Part shown: piece by piece, positions 55,774 through 64,000 of the stretch
Numbering within the stretch: position 1 is the first letter of the stretch
Layout: each line of letters starts with the position of its first letter
Assembly: GCA_030827165.1 (NCBI GenBank)
Contig: JAURFB010000002.1
Span: 1,514 to 65,513 of the forward strand
DNA length: 64,000 bases
Direction of reading: 5' to 3'
Source: Marivivens sp.
GTDB taxonomy: Bacteria > Pseudomonadota > Alphaproteobacteria > Rhodobacterales > Rhodobacteraceae
Notes under the pieces: generated by a model
The model's database searches: none
Told to the model about the DNA's origin: nothing
The model's input: only the letters and a program-made list of their open reading frames with translations
Position numbers and translations under genes: made by a program

Positions 55774-55800
55774 AAAAAAGGGGCGGCCGCTGGCCACCCC
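55774..55800 (-). terminator. Intrinsic terminator downstream of fabG, upstream of the TetR gene
   Basis: The minus strand reads GGGGTGGCC-AGC-GGCCGCCCC (one mismatch) followed by TTTTTT. It lies 25 nt after the fabG stop. Confidence 0.5.
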
Positions 55801-55825
55801 AAAATTTCTTTTGTTTTCGGCAGGT

Positions 55826-56563
55826 TCAGAGCATCGCCATGCCGCCGTTGACGTGCAGCGTCGCGCCCGTCACATAGCCGGCCTCGTTGCTCGCCAGATA
55901 AAGAACGGCGGCCGCGATCTCTTCGGGGGTGCCCATCCGCGCGGCCGGGATCTGGACGTTAATCTTTTCCTTCTGTTCGTCCGTCAGCTTGTCGGTCATC
56001 GCCGTGGCGATGAAGCCCGGCGCCACGCAGTTCACCGTGATCCCCCGGCCAGCGACCTCGTAGGCGATGGATTTCGACATTCCCACCATACCGGCCTTGG
56101 ACGCGGCATAGTTGGCCTGCCCCGGATTGCCGGTGGCGCCGACGATAGACGAGATATTCACGATCCGGCCCCAGCGCGACTTCATCATGCCCCGAACAAC
56201 GCCTTTGCACAGCCGCATCGTTGCGGTGAGATTCACGTCAAGAACGCTCGCCCATTCCTCATCCGACATCCGCATGAAGAGGTTGTCCTTGGTGATGCCC
56301 GCATTGTTGACGAGAATATCGACGCCGCCCATCGCCTCGGCCGCCTGCTTGGGCAGGGCATCCACCGCCGCAGCATCCGAGAGATTGCAGGGCAAGACGT
56401 GAACCCGCTCGCCCAGTTCCGCCGCCAGTGCCTCAAGAGGCTCAATGCGCGTGCCGGAAATGGCCAAGGTGGCGCCTGCACTGTGTAGAGCCTTGGCGAT
56501 CGCGGCTCCGATCCCGCCCGAAGCGCCAGTCACCAGCGCGGTCTTGCCTGTCAGATCAAACAT
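55826..56563 (-). CDS. fabG: 3-oxoacyl-ACP reductase
   Basis: It has MFDLTGKTALVTGASGGIG, NNAGIT and YAASKAG. The start is at 56563. Confidence 0.93.
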   Translation of the reverse strand: MFDLTGKTALVTGASGGIGAAIAKALHSAGATLAISGTRIEPLEALAAELGERVHVLPCNLSDAAAVDALPKQAAEAMGGVDILVNNAGITKDNLFMRMSDEEWASVLDVNLTATMRLCKGVVRGMMKSRWGRIVNISSIVGATGNPGQANYAASKAGMVGMSKSIAYEVAGRGITVNCVAPGFIATAMTDKLTDEQKEKINVQIPAARMGTPEEIAAAVLYLASNEAGYVTGATLHVNGGMAML

Positions 56564-56597
56564 ATTCTGTCCTTCCTCGTTCAATTCCCTGGCGCTT

Positions 56598-57536
56598 TCA
56601 GCCGTTCAGAGCTTCGGCCGCTGCCTTGATGTCGTCCGGCACGCCAATTGCCCGCGTCGCCATCTCCGGCGCGATCCGACGGATCATCCCCGACAGCGCC
56701 TTGCCAGCGCCGATCTCCCAAGCCTCGGTCACGCCTTTGCCGGCCATCCAGGCCACACTTTCGCGCCAACGGACCGAGCCGGTCACCTGTTGAACCAGAA
56801 GCGAGCGGATCGCCGCCGGATCGGTCACATCCGAGGCAATCACGTTCGCCACCACCGGCACAAAGGGCTCCCTGATCTCAACATCGTCAAGCGCTTCAGC
56901 CATGACCCTGGCGGCCGGCGCCATCAATTCACAATGGAACGGAGCCGACACAGGCAGCAAAAGCGCCCGCTTGGCGCCCTTGGCCTTGGCGATCTCGACC
57001 GCGCGTTCAACAGCCTCGCGGTGGCCTGAGACCACCACCTGCGCCGGATCGTTGTCATTCGCAGCCTGACAGACCTGGCCCTGCGCAGCTTCCTTGGCCA
57101 CTTCGGTCGCAGCGGCAAAATCGAGCCCCAGAAGCGCGGCCATCGCGCCGACGCCCACAGGAACCGCCTCTTGCATCGCGGTTCCACGGATCCGCAAAAG
57201 CCGCGCCGCATCGCTGATCGACATCGCCCCTGCCGCGGCGAGCGCCGAATATTCCCCAAGGGAATGGCCGGCGACATAGGAAGCGGCGCCGATCGACACG
57301 CCTTCCGCCTCAAGCGCCCGCATCGCGGCAAGCGAGGTCGCCATAAGCGCCGGTTGGGCGTTGCGCGTCAGGGTGAGCTCGGCAATATCGCCCTCCCAGA
57401 TCAGGGCTGACAGCATTTCGCCAAGTGCTGCATCGACCTCGTCAAACACCGCCTTCGCCGCCGGATAGGCTTCGGCCATCGCCTTGCCCATCCCGATGGC
57501 CTGAGCGCCCTGTCCCGAAAATACGAATGCCCGCAT
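56598..57536 (-). CDS. fabD: Malonyl CoA-ACP transacylase
   Basis: It has FVFSGQGAQ and the active-site GHSLGEYSAL. Confidence 0.92.
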   Translation of the reverse strand: MRAFVFSGQGAQAIGMGKAMAEAYPAAKAVFDEVDAALGEMLSALIWEGDIAELTLTRNAQPALMATSLAAMRALEAEGVSIGAASYVAGHSLGEYSALAAAGAMSISDAARLLRIRGTAMQEAVPVGVGAMAALLGLDFAAATEVAKEAAQGQVCQAANDNDPAQVVVSGHREAVERAVEIAKAKGAKRALLLPVSAPFHCELMAPAARVMAEALDDVEIREPFVPVVANVIASDVTDPAAIRSLLVQQVTGSVRWRESVAWMAGKGVTEAWEIGAGKALSGMIRRIAPEMATRAIGVPDDIKAAAEALNG

Positions 57537-57644
57537 GGTGATCTCCCTCGATTGCTTTTCCCTGCTCTACCCGGCCCGATGCCCCACGACAAGAAACCCC
57601 GTTCAGGAACGGGGCGCTTTGGTTGCACGGAGGGGTGGTTCGGG

Positions 57645-58253
57645 CTAGCGGATATCTTGCTCTTGGCGCTTGGTCACAGCCAAAAGATCGCGGCCCAGCC
57701 GGTTGCGCAGCTGCTCCAGATGTTCGGTCGGGCCAACGGCGACCAGCATCACCTTGGGCGTGTTGAGAAACCGCAGAAGAAGCGCGGTTTCGCCCCTGTC
57801 GGCATTTGTCCGGTCAAGGAAGACGCCGCCGATCATGTCGAAACGGAGCTTGCTGATCAAGGATGTCCGACCCGCGCTATTGCGCACGATCTCGCGGATT
57901 TCGCCGAGCTTCGTATCGACCTGAATTTCGGTCCGCACACCGCGGCTGGCATAATAGATCAGCACGCTGGCAATCCCGCCCAGCACCGTGCTCAGGCCGA
58001 ATTTCATCGCCATGACGTCGCTGGCGACGCTCGCCCCCGGCAGTAGCCAAAGCCCGATGGCGGCAATCAAGAAGGCCATCCCTGCGATCCAGCTTGCGGT
58101 TTGCCCAACCTCGGCCCAACGCCGGTCGGCAAGCGGAGACGCGATGATATACCCCCAATAGGCATCGCTGACGTGAACCGACGGCGAAACAACCCCGCCA
58201 TTGGCAACCCTGAGCGAGGTTCTGCGCGGCTGATCTGTCGCTACGACTGTCAT
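57645..58253 (-). CDS. Hypothetical membrane protein (two TM segments plus a soluble C-terminal domain)
   Basis: Starting at MTVVATDQ gives 202 aa. The TM segments are WIAGMAFLIAAIGLWLL and FGLSTVLGGIASVLIYY. No family is recognised. An alternative start lies 5 codons upstream. Confidence 0.5.
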   Translation of the reverse strand: MTVVATDQPRRTSLRVANGGVVSPSVHVSDAYWGYIIASPLADRRWAEVGQTASWIAGMAFLIAAIGLWLLPGASVASDVMAMKFGLSTVLGGIASVLIYYASRGVRTEIQVDTKLGEIREIVRNSAGRTSLISKLRFDMIGGVFLDRTNADRGETALLLRFLNTPKVMLVAVGPTEHLEQLRNRLGRDLLAVTKRQEQDIR

Positions 58254-58461
58254 TGAGGGGCACTCCATTTCCCGGTTACCTCCATTTGCGGTAACAAATT
58301 GGGCGATTTGCAGGCACAGTCTTGGCCTTAGCCGCACAAGTTTGAGACAATCCTGTGCGCCGCCGCCCCTTCGCGGCACGCTCTTGCGATCTTCATCAAC
58401 CGCAAGGCCGGGCGATCTCGAAAGCCATAAGTTTTGCTGGGGTTTCGCGGCCGTTTTGCCC

Positions 58462-58489
58462 TTGCCTTGGCGGCCCGTCTCTGTATAAG
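58462..58489 (+). promoter_or_regulatory. Sigma70-like promoter for rpsF-rpsR-rplI
   Basis: TTGCCT is followed by a 16-nt spacer and TATAAG, about 110 nt upstream of the rpsF ATG. Confidence 0.4.
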
Positions 58490-58598
58490 GCCCCATCCTT
58501 CCGCGATGTCTTAGAACCGCGCAGTCTCTCGTGGATGGGGTGCGGAAGGTCTAACGCCCCGTCCTTTGAAATGCGCCGCAGAAATGAATGGAGCACAC

Positions 58599-58976
58599 AT
58601 GCCGCTTTACGAGCATGTCTTTATTTCGCGTCAGGACTTGTCCAACGCGCAGGCCGAAAGCCTCATCGAACATTTCTCGACCGTCCTCGCCGACAACGGC
58701 GGCAAGGTCGTTGAAAATGAGTACTGGGGCGTCAAGACGATGGCCTACAAGATCAACAAGAACCGCAAGGGTCACTACGCCTACCTCCGCACCGATGCCC
58801 CCGCGGCCGCCGTTCTGGAGATGGAGCGCCTGATGCGCCTTCATGATGACGTGATGCGCATTCTGACCATCAAGGTCGATGCCCACGAAGAAGGCCCCTC
58901 GGTTCAGATGCAAAAGCGCGACGAGCGCGACCGTGGCGATCGTGGTGACCGCCCCGAGCGCCGTGAACGCCGCTAA
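58599..58976 (+). CDS. rpsF: 30S ribosomal protein S6
   Basis: It has MPLYEHVFISRQDLS...YWGVKTMAYKINKNRKGHY and an acidic/basic C-terminal tail. GGAG lies upstream of 58599. Confidence 0.93.
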   Translation: MPLYEHVFISRQDLSNAQAESLIEHFSTVLADNGGKVVENEYWGVKTMAYKINKNRKGHYAYLRTDAPAAAVLEMERLMRLHDDVMRILTIKVDAHEEGPSVQMQKRDERDRGDRGDRPERRERR

Positions 58977-59001
58977 GTTGATCGCGAAAGGATACTAAGT
59001 T

Positions 59002-59229
59002 ATGGCTACCAAACCGTTTTTCCGTCGCCGCAAGTCTGATCCGTTCGAAGGCGAAGGCGCCCCGGCGATCGACTACAAAGACACCCGTCTCCTGCAGCGC
59101 TATATCTCCGAGCGTGGCAAGATCGTCCCCGCCCGCATCACCGCCGTCGGTGCCAAGAACCAGCGCAAGCTCGCCCAGGCGATCAAGCGCGCCCGGTTCC
59201 TCGCCCTTCTGCCCTACGCCGTGAAGTAA
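59002..59229 (+). CDS. rpsR: 30S ribosomal protein S18
   Basis: It has [43 protein letters not shown]. Confidence 0.95.
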   Translation: MATKPFFRRRKSDPFEGEGAPAIDYKDTRLLQRYISERGKIVPARITAVGAKNQRKLAQAIKRARFLALLPYAVK

Positions 59230-59240
59230 GGAGTTCCCAG

Positions 59241-59819
59241 ATGGACGTTATTCTTCTCGAACGCGTGGCCAAGCTCGGTCAGATGGGCGAAGTCGTGAAA
59301 GTCAAAGACGGCTATGCACGCAACTTCCTTCTGCCGCAAGGCAAGGCCCTGCGCGCCAACGCCACCAACATCGCCAAGTTCGATTCCGACAAGGCGCAAC
59401 TCGAAGCCCGCAACCTCGAAACCCGCAAAGAGGCCGAAGCCCTTGGCGGCAAGCTCGACGGTCAGACTTTCGTCGTGATTCGGTCTGCATCCGATGGCGG
59501 TGCGCTTTACGGTTCAGTCACCCCGCGTGACGCCGCCGACGCGGCCACCGAGGCAGGCTTCAGCGTTGACCGCAAGCAGGTTGTGCTGATCGCCCCGATC
59601 AAGGATCTCGGCATTCACACCGTCGCTGTCGTTCTTCACCCCGAAGTCACTGTGTCGATTTCGCTCAACGTGGCCCGTACGGTCGAAGAAGCCGAACTTC
59701 AGGCGTCAGGCAAGTCGATCCGGGAACTGGCTGCCGAGGAAGAGGCCGCTGCCGATTTCGAAATTCAGGAACTGTTCGACGATATCGGCGGCGCTGCCTC
59801 CGTAGATGACGAAGCCTGA
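59241..59819 (+). CDS. rplI: 50S ribosomal protein L9
   Basis: It has [36 protein letters not shown]. Confidence 0.93.
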   Translation: MDVILLERVAKLGQMGEVVKVKDGYARNFLLPQGKALRANATNIAKFDSDKAQLEARNLETRKEAEALGGKLDGQTFVVIRSASDGGALYGSVTPRDAADAATEAGFSVDRKQVVLIAPIKDLGIHTVAVVLHPEVTVSISLNVARTVEEAELQASGKSIRELAAEEEAAADFEIQELFDDIGGAASVDDEA

Positions 59820-59836
59820 TCGACGCGACAGGATTG

Positions 59837-59867
59837 AAAAGGGCCGCGGATTTCCGCGGCCCTTTTT
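59837..59867. terminator. Bidirectional intrinsic terminator after rplI and the convergent secreted-protein gene
   Basis: The sequence is AAAA-GGGCCGCGG-ATTT-CCGCGGCCC-TTTTT: a perfect 9-bp GC stem with flanking A and T runs. Confidence 0.75.
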
Positions 59868-59888
59868 CGTTGCGCGGCCTTTGGCCAC

Positions 59889-60359
59889 CTACTTGAATGT
59901 CTCGAGCGACAAGATGGCGTCGCAGTATGCGCCATCATAGGTTCCCACCCAGATATCCAGATATCCGTCGGCCGGCCGGGTCAAAACGATCTTGGGATCG
60001 AGATCCCCATTATCGTCGTCGTCATAGTACCAATTGACCGACGCCGTATTGATCAACAGCGCCGAGTCGCAGGCGCTGACCACGCTGATCACCAGCTGAT
60101 AACCGGCCATCTTGGACAGGCTGAAGGTAAAGTCGGGCGCCGTCGGGAAATACCCCGCGCCCTGATCTGTCCCCGGCTTGATGCGGGGGCAGTCCCAGAC
60201 ATAGTTCTCGCCACCGGCGACAACGTTGAAATCCCTGCGGGTAAATAGATCGGCGCCCGTCGCCTGATAGGACTCTCCCGACTGATTGAAGTCAGGGCAG
60301 GCCTCCGCAACGGCAACCCAGCCGAAAACCAATCCGACCGACAGGATGAGTGAACGCAT
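59889..60359 (-). CDS. Secreted hypothetical protein with four Cys residues
   Basis: It has the signal peptide MRSLILSVGLVFGWVAVAEA. The mature part has paired Cys residues (CPDF...WDCP, ACDS...YCDA) and an Asp-rich loop (YYDDDDNGD). No family is recognised with confidence. Confidence 0.55.
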   Translation of the reverse strand: MRSLILSVGLVFGWVAVAEACPDFNQSGESYQATGADLFTRRDFNVVAGGENYVWDCPRIKPGTDQGAGYFPTAPDFTFSLSKMAGYQLVISVVSACDSALLINTASVNWYYDDDDNGDLDPKIVLTRPADGYLDIWVGTYDGAYCDAILSLETFK

Positions 60360-60424
60360 AGCTGTCTCCCTTGAGGTCACGCCTTGAACATAGCGTTAAA
60401 AATTGCCGCCAGATAGGCCCGTTC

Positions 60425-60452
60425 AAACAAAAAGGGCGCCCAAGAGGCGCCC
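60425..60452 (-). terminator. Intrinsic terminator downstream of tig
   Basis: On the minus strand the hairpin GGGCGCC-TCTTG-GGCGCCC is followed by TTTTTGTTT. Confidence 0.6.
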
Positions 60453-60480
60453 TTTCCAATCCGGCCCTTGGGCCCCCGGA

Positions 60481-61812
60481 TTATTCCTCGTCGAGAGCTT
60501 CGACCGCCTTCTGAAGCGCGTCTTTGTCGACTTCCTTCTCGGTCACCTTGGCTTCCGCGAAGATGTGGTCGACAACCTTGTCTTCAAAGATCGGCGCCTG
60601 AAGCTGCTGACGGAACTGAGCGTTCTTCTGGACGAAATCGAAGAACTCGCGCTCTTGGCCCGGATACTGGCGCGCCTGGTTCATGACGGCCTGGGTCAGC
60701 TCGGCATCAGTCACCTTGATGTCGGCCTTCTGGCCGACATCGGCCAATAGAAGGCCCAGCTTCACGCGGCGAACAGCCAGCTTCTTGTGCTCGTCCGTGG
60801 TTTCGATCGCGCCGTGATCGTGGCCGTGGTGATCGGGGTTTTCCTCGTGCCACAGCTGGTGAGCGATCTGGCTGGCTTCGGCGTCGACGAGCGAGGCAGG
60901 AAGATCGAACTTGGCCGCCTTGTCGAGCGCATCAAGCAGCGCGCGCTTGGCAACCGCACGGGCGGCGCCGGTATATTCACCTTCAAGGCGCTCCGAGATC
61001 TGACCCTTCAGCGCAGCAAGATCTTCGGCGCCGAACTGTTTGGCGAGATCGTCGTTGATCTCGGCCGCTTTCGGCTCTTTCACGGCCTTCACGGTGCAGG
61101 TAAACACGGCGGCCTTGCCGGCCAGGTTCTCAGCGCCATAGTTCTCGGGGAAGGTCACGTCCACGTCCTTCTCGTCGCCGGCCTTCACGCCAACGAGACC
61201 AGCCTCGAAGCCGGGGATGAAGGAGTTGGAGCCCAGCACGAGCGGATAATCCTCGGCCGAGCCGCCTTCAAAGGCCTCGCCGTCGACCTTGCCCACGAAG
61301 TCGATCACAACCTGATCGCCGTCTTTTGCTTTGGAGCCCTTCTTGCGGTCTTCAAAGTTCTGGGCGGTCTTGGCGAGGTTCTCAAGAGCTTCGGTAACAG
61401 ACGCCTCGTCGGCTTTTACGACCATGCGCTCGAGCTTGATCTTCTTGAAATCGACATCCGGAACGTCGGGAAGGGTCTCGTAGACAACCTCGACGTGAAC
61501 GTCGTCGCCCTCTTTCCAGTCTTCGTTTGTCATCTTCATCTGCGGCTGCGCGGCCGGACGATGCCCCGAGGTCTCGAGGTGGCTGTTAAGCGCACCGTCG
61601 ATCGCGTCCTGCATGGCTTCACCCAGAAGACGCTGGCCGTATTGCTTGCGCAGAAGCGCCATCGGCACCTTGCCCTTGCGGAAGCCTTTCATTTCGATCT
61701 CGGGCTGGGCCTCGATCAGCTTTTCGTTGACCTTCGCGTCAAGCTCGCCCGCCGTCACAATGATGGCATATCCGCGCTTGAGGCCTTCGTTCAGGGTCTC
61801 GGTGACCTGCAT
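60481..61812 (-). CDS. tig: Trigger factor
   Basis: Starting at [15 protein letters not shown] gives 443 aa. It has the ribosome-binding GFRKGKVP motif and an FKBP-type middle domain. Confidence 0.92.
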   Translation of the reverse strand: MQVTETLNEGLKRGYAIIVTAGELDAKVNEKLIEAQPEIEMKGFRKGKVPMALLRKQYGQRLLGEAMQDAIDGALNSHLETSGHRPAAQPQMKMTNEDWKEGDDVHVEVVYETLPDVPDVDFKKIKLERMVVKADEASVTEALENLAKTAQNFEDRKKGSKAKDGDQVVIDFVGKVDGEAFEGGSAEDYPLVLGSNSFIPGFEAGLVGVKAGDEKDVDVTFPENYGAENLAGKAAVFTCTVKAVKEPKAAEINDDLAKQFGAEDLAALKGQISERLEGEYTGAARAVAKRALLDALDKAAKFDLPASLVDAEASQIAHQLWHEENPDHHGHDHGAIETTDEHKKLAVRRVKLGLLLADVGQKADIKVTDAELTQAVMNQARQYPGQEREFFDFVQKNAQFRQQLQAPIFEDKVVDHIFAEAKVTEKEVDKDALQKAVEALDEE

Positions 61813-61833
61813 CTGTCGTCCTTCTTTCCTATC

Positions 61834-61918
61834 TGGTGCGGGTGGAGGGACTTGAACCCCCACGCCTTGCGGCGCCAGAACCTAAATCTGGTGCGTCTGC
61901 CAATTTCGCCACACCCGC
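61834..61918 (-). tRNA. tRNA-Leu (anticodon UAG), type II with long variable arm, CCA encoded
   Basis: The reverse complement reads GCGGGTG-TG-GCG-AAATTGGCAGA-CGC-A-CCAGA-TTTAGGT-TCTGG-CGCCGCAAGGCGT-GGGGG-TTCAAGT-CCCTC-CACCCGC-ACCA. The acceptor, anticodon and T stems all pair, and the anticodon loop has TAG at its centre. Confidence 0.9.
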
Positions 61919-62071
61919 ATGATGAAAGGGGGCAGGCCTGGGCCCGCCCCCGAATTGGGGCGGTGTCTATCAAAGCCATGCGCAGGAAGCGAGGGGAAAA
62001 ACACCCGAAAATTCAACGAAACAAATCAGCCCCGAACCGAATTTCGCCACATTTGAACCGGAACTATAGCT

Positions 62072-62563
62072 GTGAAGACAAAGACGAGCGCTGCCATGCC
62101 CCTCCTTGCCGAAAAACTCCCTGCCGCCGAGCATCTGGTGGCGGTCGAAACTGCCGGTCTGATCGCTGGAACGCGGATCATGACGATCGAAGGCGAGGTT
62201 CCGGTCGAAGTTCTCGCGCCCGGGGCACGGATTATCTCGCGCGATGCGGGCCTCGTTATTCTCAGGGGCATAGAATCAGGATGGACGCGGATCGAACCTG
62301 TTGCTGTCAAAGCAGGAGCCCTCGGCCACACACGCCCTCGTCGCGATATGCTTGTGCCACCGCAGGCCCTTGTTCACCTTCGTGACTGGCGGGCCGAGGT
62401 TCTGATCGGCTCCACCTATGCCCTTGTTCCGTCCAAACTGATGATCGACGACGATTTCGTGTTTCGCCGCAGCGAGGCTCGGCTGAAGGTTTTGGAGCTC
62501 ATGTTCGACCGTCAGCACATCATCTACGCCGACGGGATCGAGATCGCGACGACGGCGGTCTGA
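62072..62563 (+). CDS. Hint (Hedgehog/intein-like) domain-containing protein, stand-alone 163 aa
   Basis: It has AGTRIMTIEGEVPVEVLAPGARIISRD, then DMLVPPQALVHL and ELMFDRQHIIYADGIEIAT. This matches the Hint-domain pattern common in Rhodobacteraceae. Confidence 0.6.
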   Translation: MKTKTSAAMPLLAEKLPAAEHLVAVETAGLIAGTRIMTIEGEVPVEVLAPGARIISRDAGLVILRGIESGWTRIEPVAVKAGALGHTRPRRDMLVPPQALVHLRDWRAEVLIGSTYALVPSKLMIDDDFVFRRSEARLKVLELMFDRQHIIYADGIEIATTAV

Positions 62564-62565
62564 CT

Positions 62566-64000
62566 TCAGGCGCCAAGATCGCGCAAGATCGCCGGCAGGG
62601 CCTCGGGGATATCCTCGGCGATCAGGCCCGCGCCAAGCCGCCGCCCCGCTTCCTGATGCAGCCAGACCGCATCACAAGCGGCGACCTCCGGCGCAGCGCC
62701 CCGCGCGATGAGGCCCGCGATCAGTCCGGCCAGAACATCGCCCGATCCCGCTGTCGCCAGCCAGGGCGCCGCCCGTCGATGGAAAGCGCCGCCGATCCAG
62801 ACGCGCCCGTCAGGCGTCGCCACAACCGTATCCGGCCCCTTGAGAACGATGGTGCAGCCCGCCTGTTCCGCCGCCGCTCTCGCACGTTCGGGTTTGTCCG
62901 GCCCCGAAAGGTCGGGAAAAAGCCGCGCGAATTCGCCTTCGTGGGGGGTCAGGACACAGGATTTGTGCAGGCTCTTCTCGATCCGCCCTTCGCGCGCCAG
63001 AAGCGTCAGCGCATCGGCATCAAGGACCACCGGCACGCGGCGGCCAAAGCGCCGGAAATGCGCGGCGATCTGGGCATCGGTTCCGTCAATCAGTGGCGCA
63101 TCAGGCGGCATGATCCAGCTGAGCGCCCCGCTCACCAGCCCGGCGGCCCGTGCATCGAGTCCAAGCCCCGGCCCCAGGCACAGCGCCGTGATCCGCGGAT
63201 CAGCAAGTGCCGCCTGCAAACCCTCGTCGCCGTCGATCTGACAGAGCATGATCGCATCTAGCCGGGCGGCATTCTCGACCAGCGCCTCATAGGGCGCCCC
63301 GACCGTGACCAGCCCTGCCCCGACCCTCAGCGCCCCTCTCGCCGCGAGCCGCGCCGCCCCACCTTTGGTCGGCCCGCCCGCAAGCACCAGAGCATGGCCG
63401 TGCGCGTATTTATGTCCTCCGACCGCCTTGCCGATCCGGCCAACCGCCGGCGCGCCGATCAGTCGGGCCACGCTCTCACCGTCCGGCAGGGTAACCCCGA
63501 TCGGAACAACCACTAGTTTGCCCGACCGTTCAGGCAATTCGCCCGTATAATGCCCAAGCCGCGGCGCTTCGAATGTCACCGTCAGATCGGCGTCGATGGG
63601 TTTGGGGTATTCCTCCGATCCTTCCAGCAAATGGCCCGTATCGCTTGAAAACCCGGACAACACATCGACCGCCACAATTCGCGGCCGTGCCTTTGCATTC
63701 GCGAGTTTCTGCAAAGCCTCGAGAAAGCCCCCTCCCAACGGCCGAGCAAGGCCGGTGCCGAACAGCGCATCCACCACCAATTCCGCGCCCCGCGGATCAA
63801 ACGCCACGAGCGGGCGCGTCTCGCCCCGCCAAGCCCGATACGCCGCCAGCGCGTCGGGCGGGAGCTTTTGCGGATCGCCCTCGGCATAGGCTGTCACCTC
63901 CCAACCCAACTCGGCGAGCAGTCGCGCCACGACATATCCGTCTCCGCCATTGTTGCCCGGACCGCATAGAACCATCGCCCTCGATGATCCCGCCGCGAGG
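62566..64000 (-). CDS. nnr: Bifunctional NAD(P)H-hydrate repair enzyme Nnr (epimerase plus ADP-dependent dehydratase); N-terminus off window
   Basis: It has LCGPGNNGGDGYVVA (YjeF-N) and a C-terminal carbohydrate-kinase-like part (GGHKYAHGHALVLAGG...TAGSGDVLAGLIAGL). The frame stays open upstream of the track's Met to the window edge. Confidence 0.85.
   Translation of the reverse strand, partial: LAAGSSRAMVLCGPGNNGGDGYVVARLLAELGWEVTAYAEGDPQKLPPDALAAYRAWRGETRPLVAFDPRGAELVVDALFGTGLARPLGGGFLEALQKLANAKARPRIVAVDVLSGFSSDTGHLLEGSEEYPKPIDADLTVTFEAPRLGHYTGELPERSGKLVVVPIGVTLPDGESVARLIGAPAVGRIGKAVGGHKYAHGHALVLAGGPTKGGAARLAARGALRVGAGLVTVGAPYEALVENAARLDAIMLCQIDGDEGLQAALADPRITALCLGPGLGLDARAAGLVSGALSWIMPPDAPLIDGTDAQIAAHFRRFGRRVPVVLDADALTLLAREGRIEKSLHKSCVLTPHEGEFARLFPDLSGPDKPERARAAAEQAGCTIVLKGPDTVVATPDGRVWIGGAFHRRAAPWLATAGSGDVLAGLIAGLIARGAAPEVAACDAVWLHQEAGRRLGAGLIAEDIPEALPAILRDLGA

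Overview
The window is chromosomal DNA from a high-GC alphaproteobacterium. Gene content and local synteny look like Rhodobacteraceae, but that is an inference I cannot confirm without a search. It is densely coding: I support about 70 protein genes and one tRNA-Leu(UAG). I saw no rRNA, CRISPR array, IS element or integrase. Most genes are housekeeping: scpAB, argS, dgt-like, erpA, xthA, dksA, edd-eda, glnE, bpt, ilvIH, pgk, class I fba, ftsB-like, pdhABC, cysE, mltG, the fabF/acpP/fabG/fabD cluster, rpsF-rpsR-rplI, tig and nnr. The long ORFs in the track that lie antisense to these genes are GC-driven shadow frames. Many track ORFs also carry spurious N-terminal extensions, so I re-picked starts from RBS position, gene spacing and family N-termini. 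Main items worth a second look: (1) 47.7-51.2 kb holds what looks like a decayed RcGTA-type gene transfer agent locus. A g1-like small ORF and the large terminase sit 120 bp from a 575-aa C-terminal fragment of the g15-type tail/host-specificity gene, and every head and tail gene normally between them is absent. (2) 9.3-14.3 kb is a translationally coupled seven-gene operon of unknown function: MoxR AAA+ ATPase, GNAT, metallopeptidase-like lipoprotein, mini membrane protein, CoxE-type VWA protein, membrane protein, DedA. (3) A PIN-domain gene overlaps a PUA/SAM RNA methyltransferase gene by 4 nt and has no antitoxin-like partner. (4) The ilvIH leader has a sigma70-like promoter and an intrinsic-terminator hairpin just before the start codon, which suggests attenuation. 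(5) A perfect LacI-type palindrome lies upstream of edd, with related GTTAGCG sites upstream of fba and pdhA, and a separate perfect 8-4-8 inverted repeat lies at the pdhA promoter. (6) The fab cluster is interrupted by a TetR regulator and an opposite-strand CPBP protease. (7) Two small upstream ORFs run in frame, without a stop, into the nucleoside hydrolase gene and into cysE. Smaller observations include short repeats, a tRNA-fragment duplication next to a Hint-domain gene, and near-identical lipoyl domains on PdhB and PdhC. All family assignments come from reading the translations. No database search or folding calculation was run.
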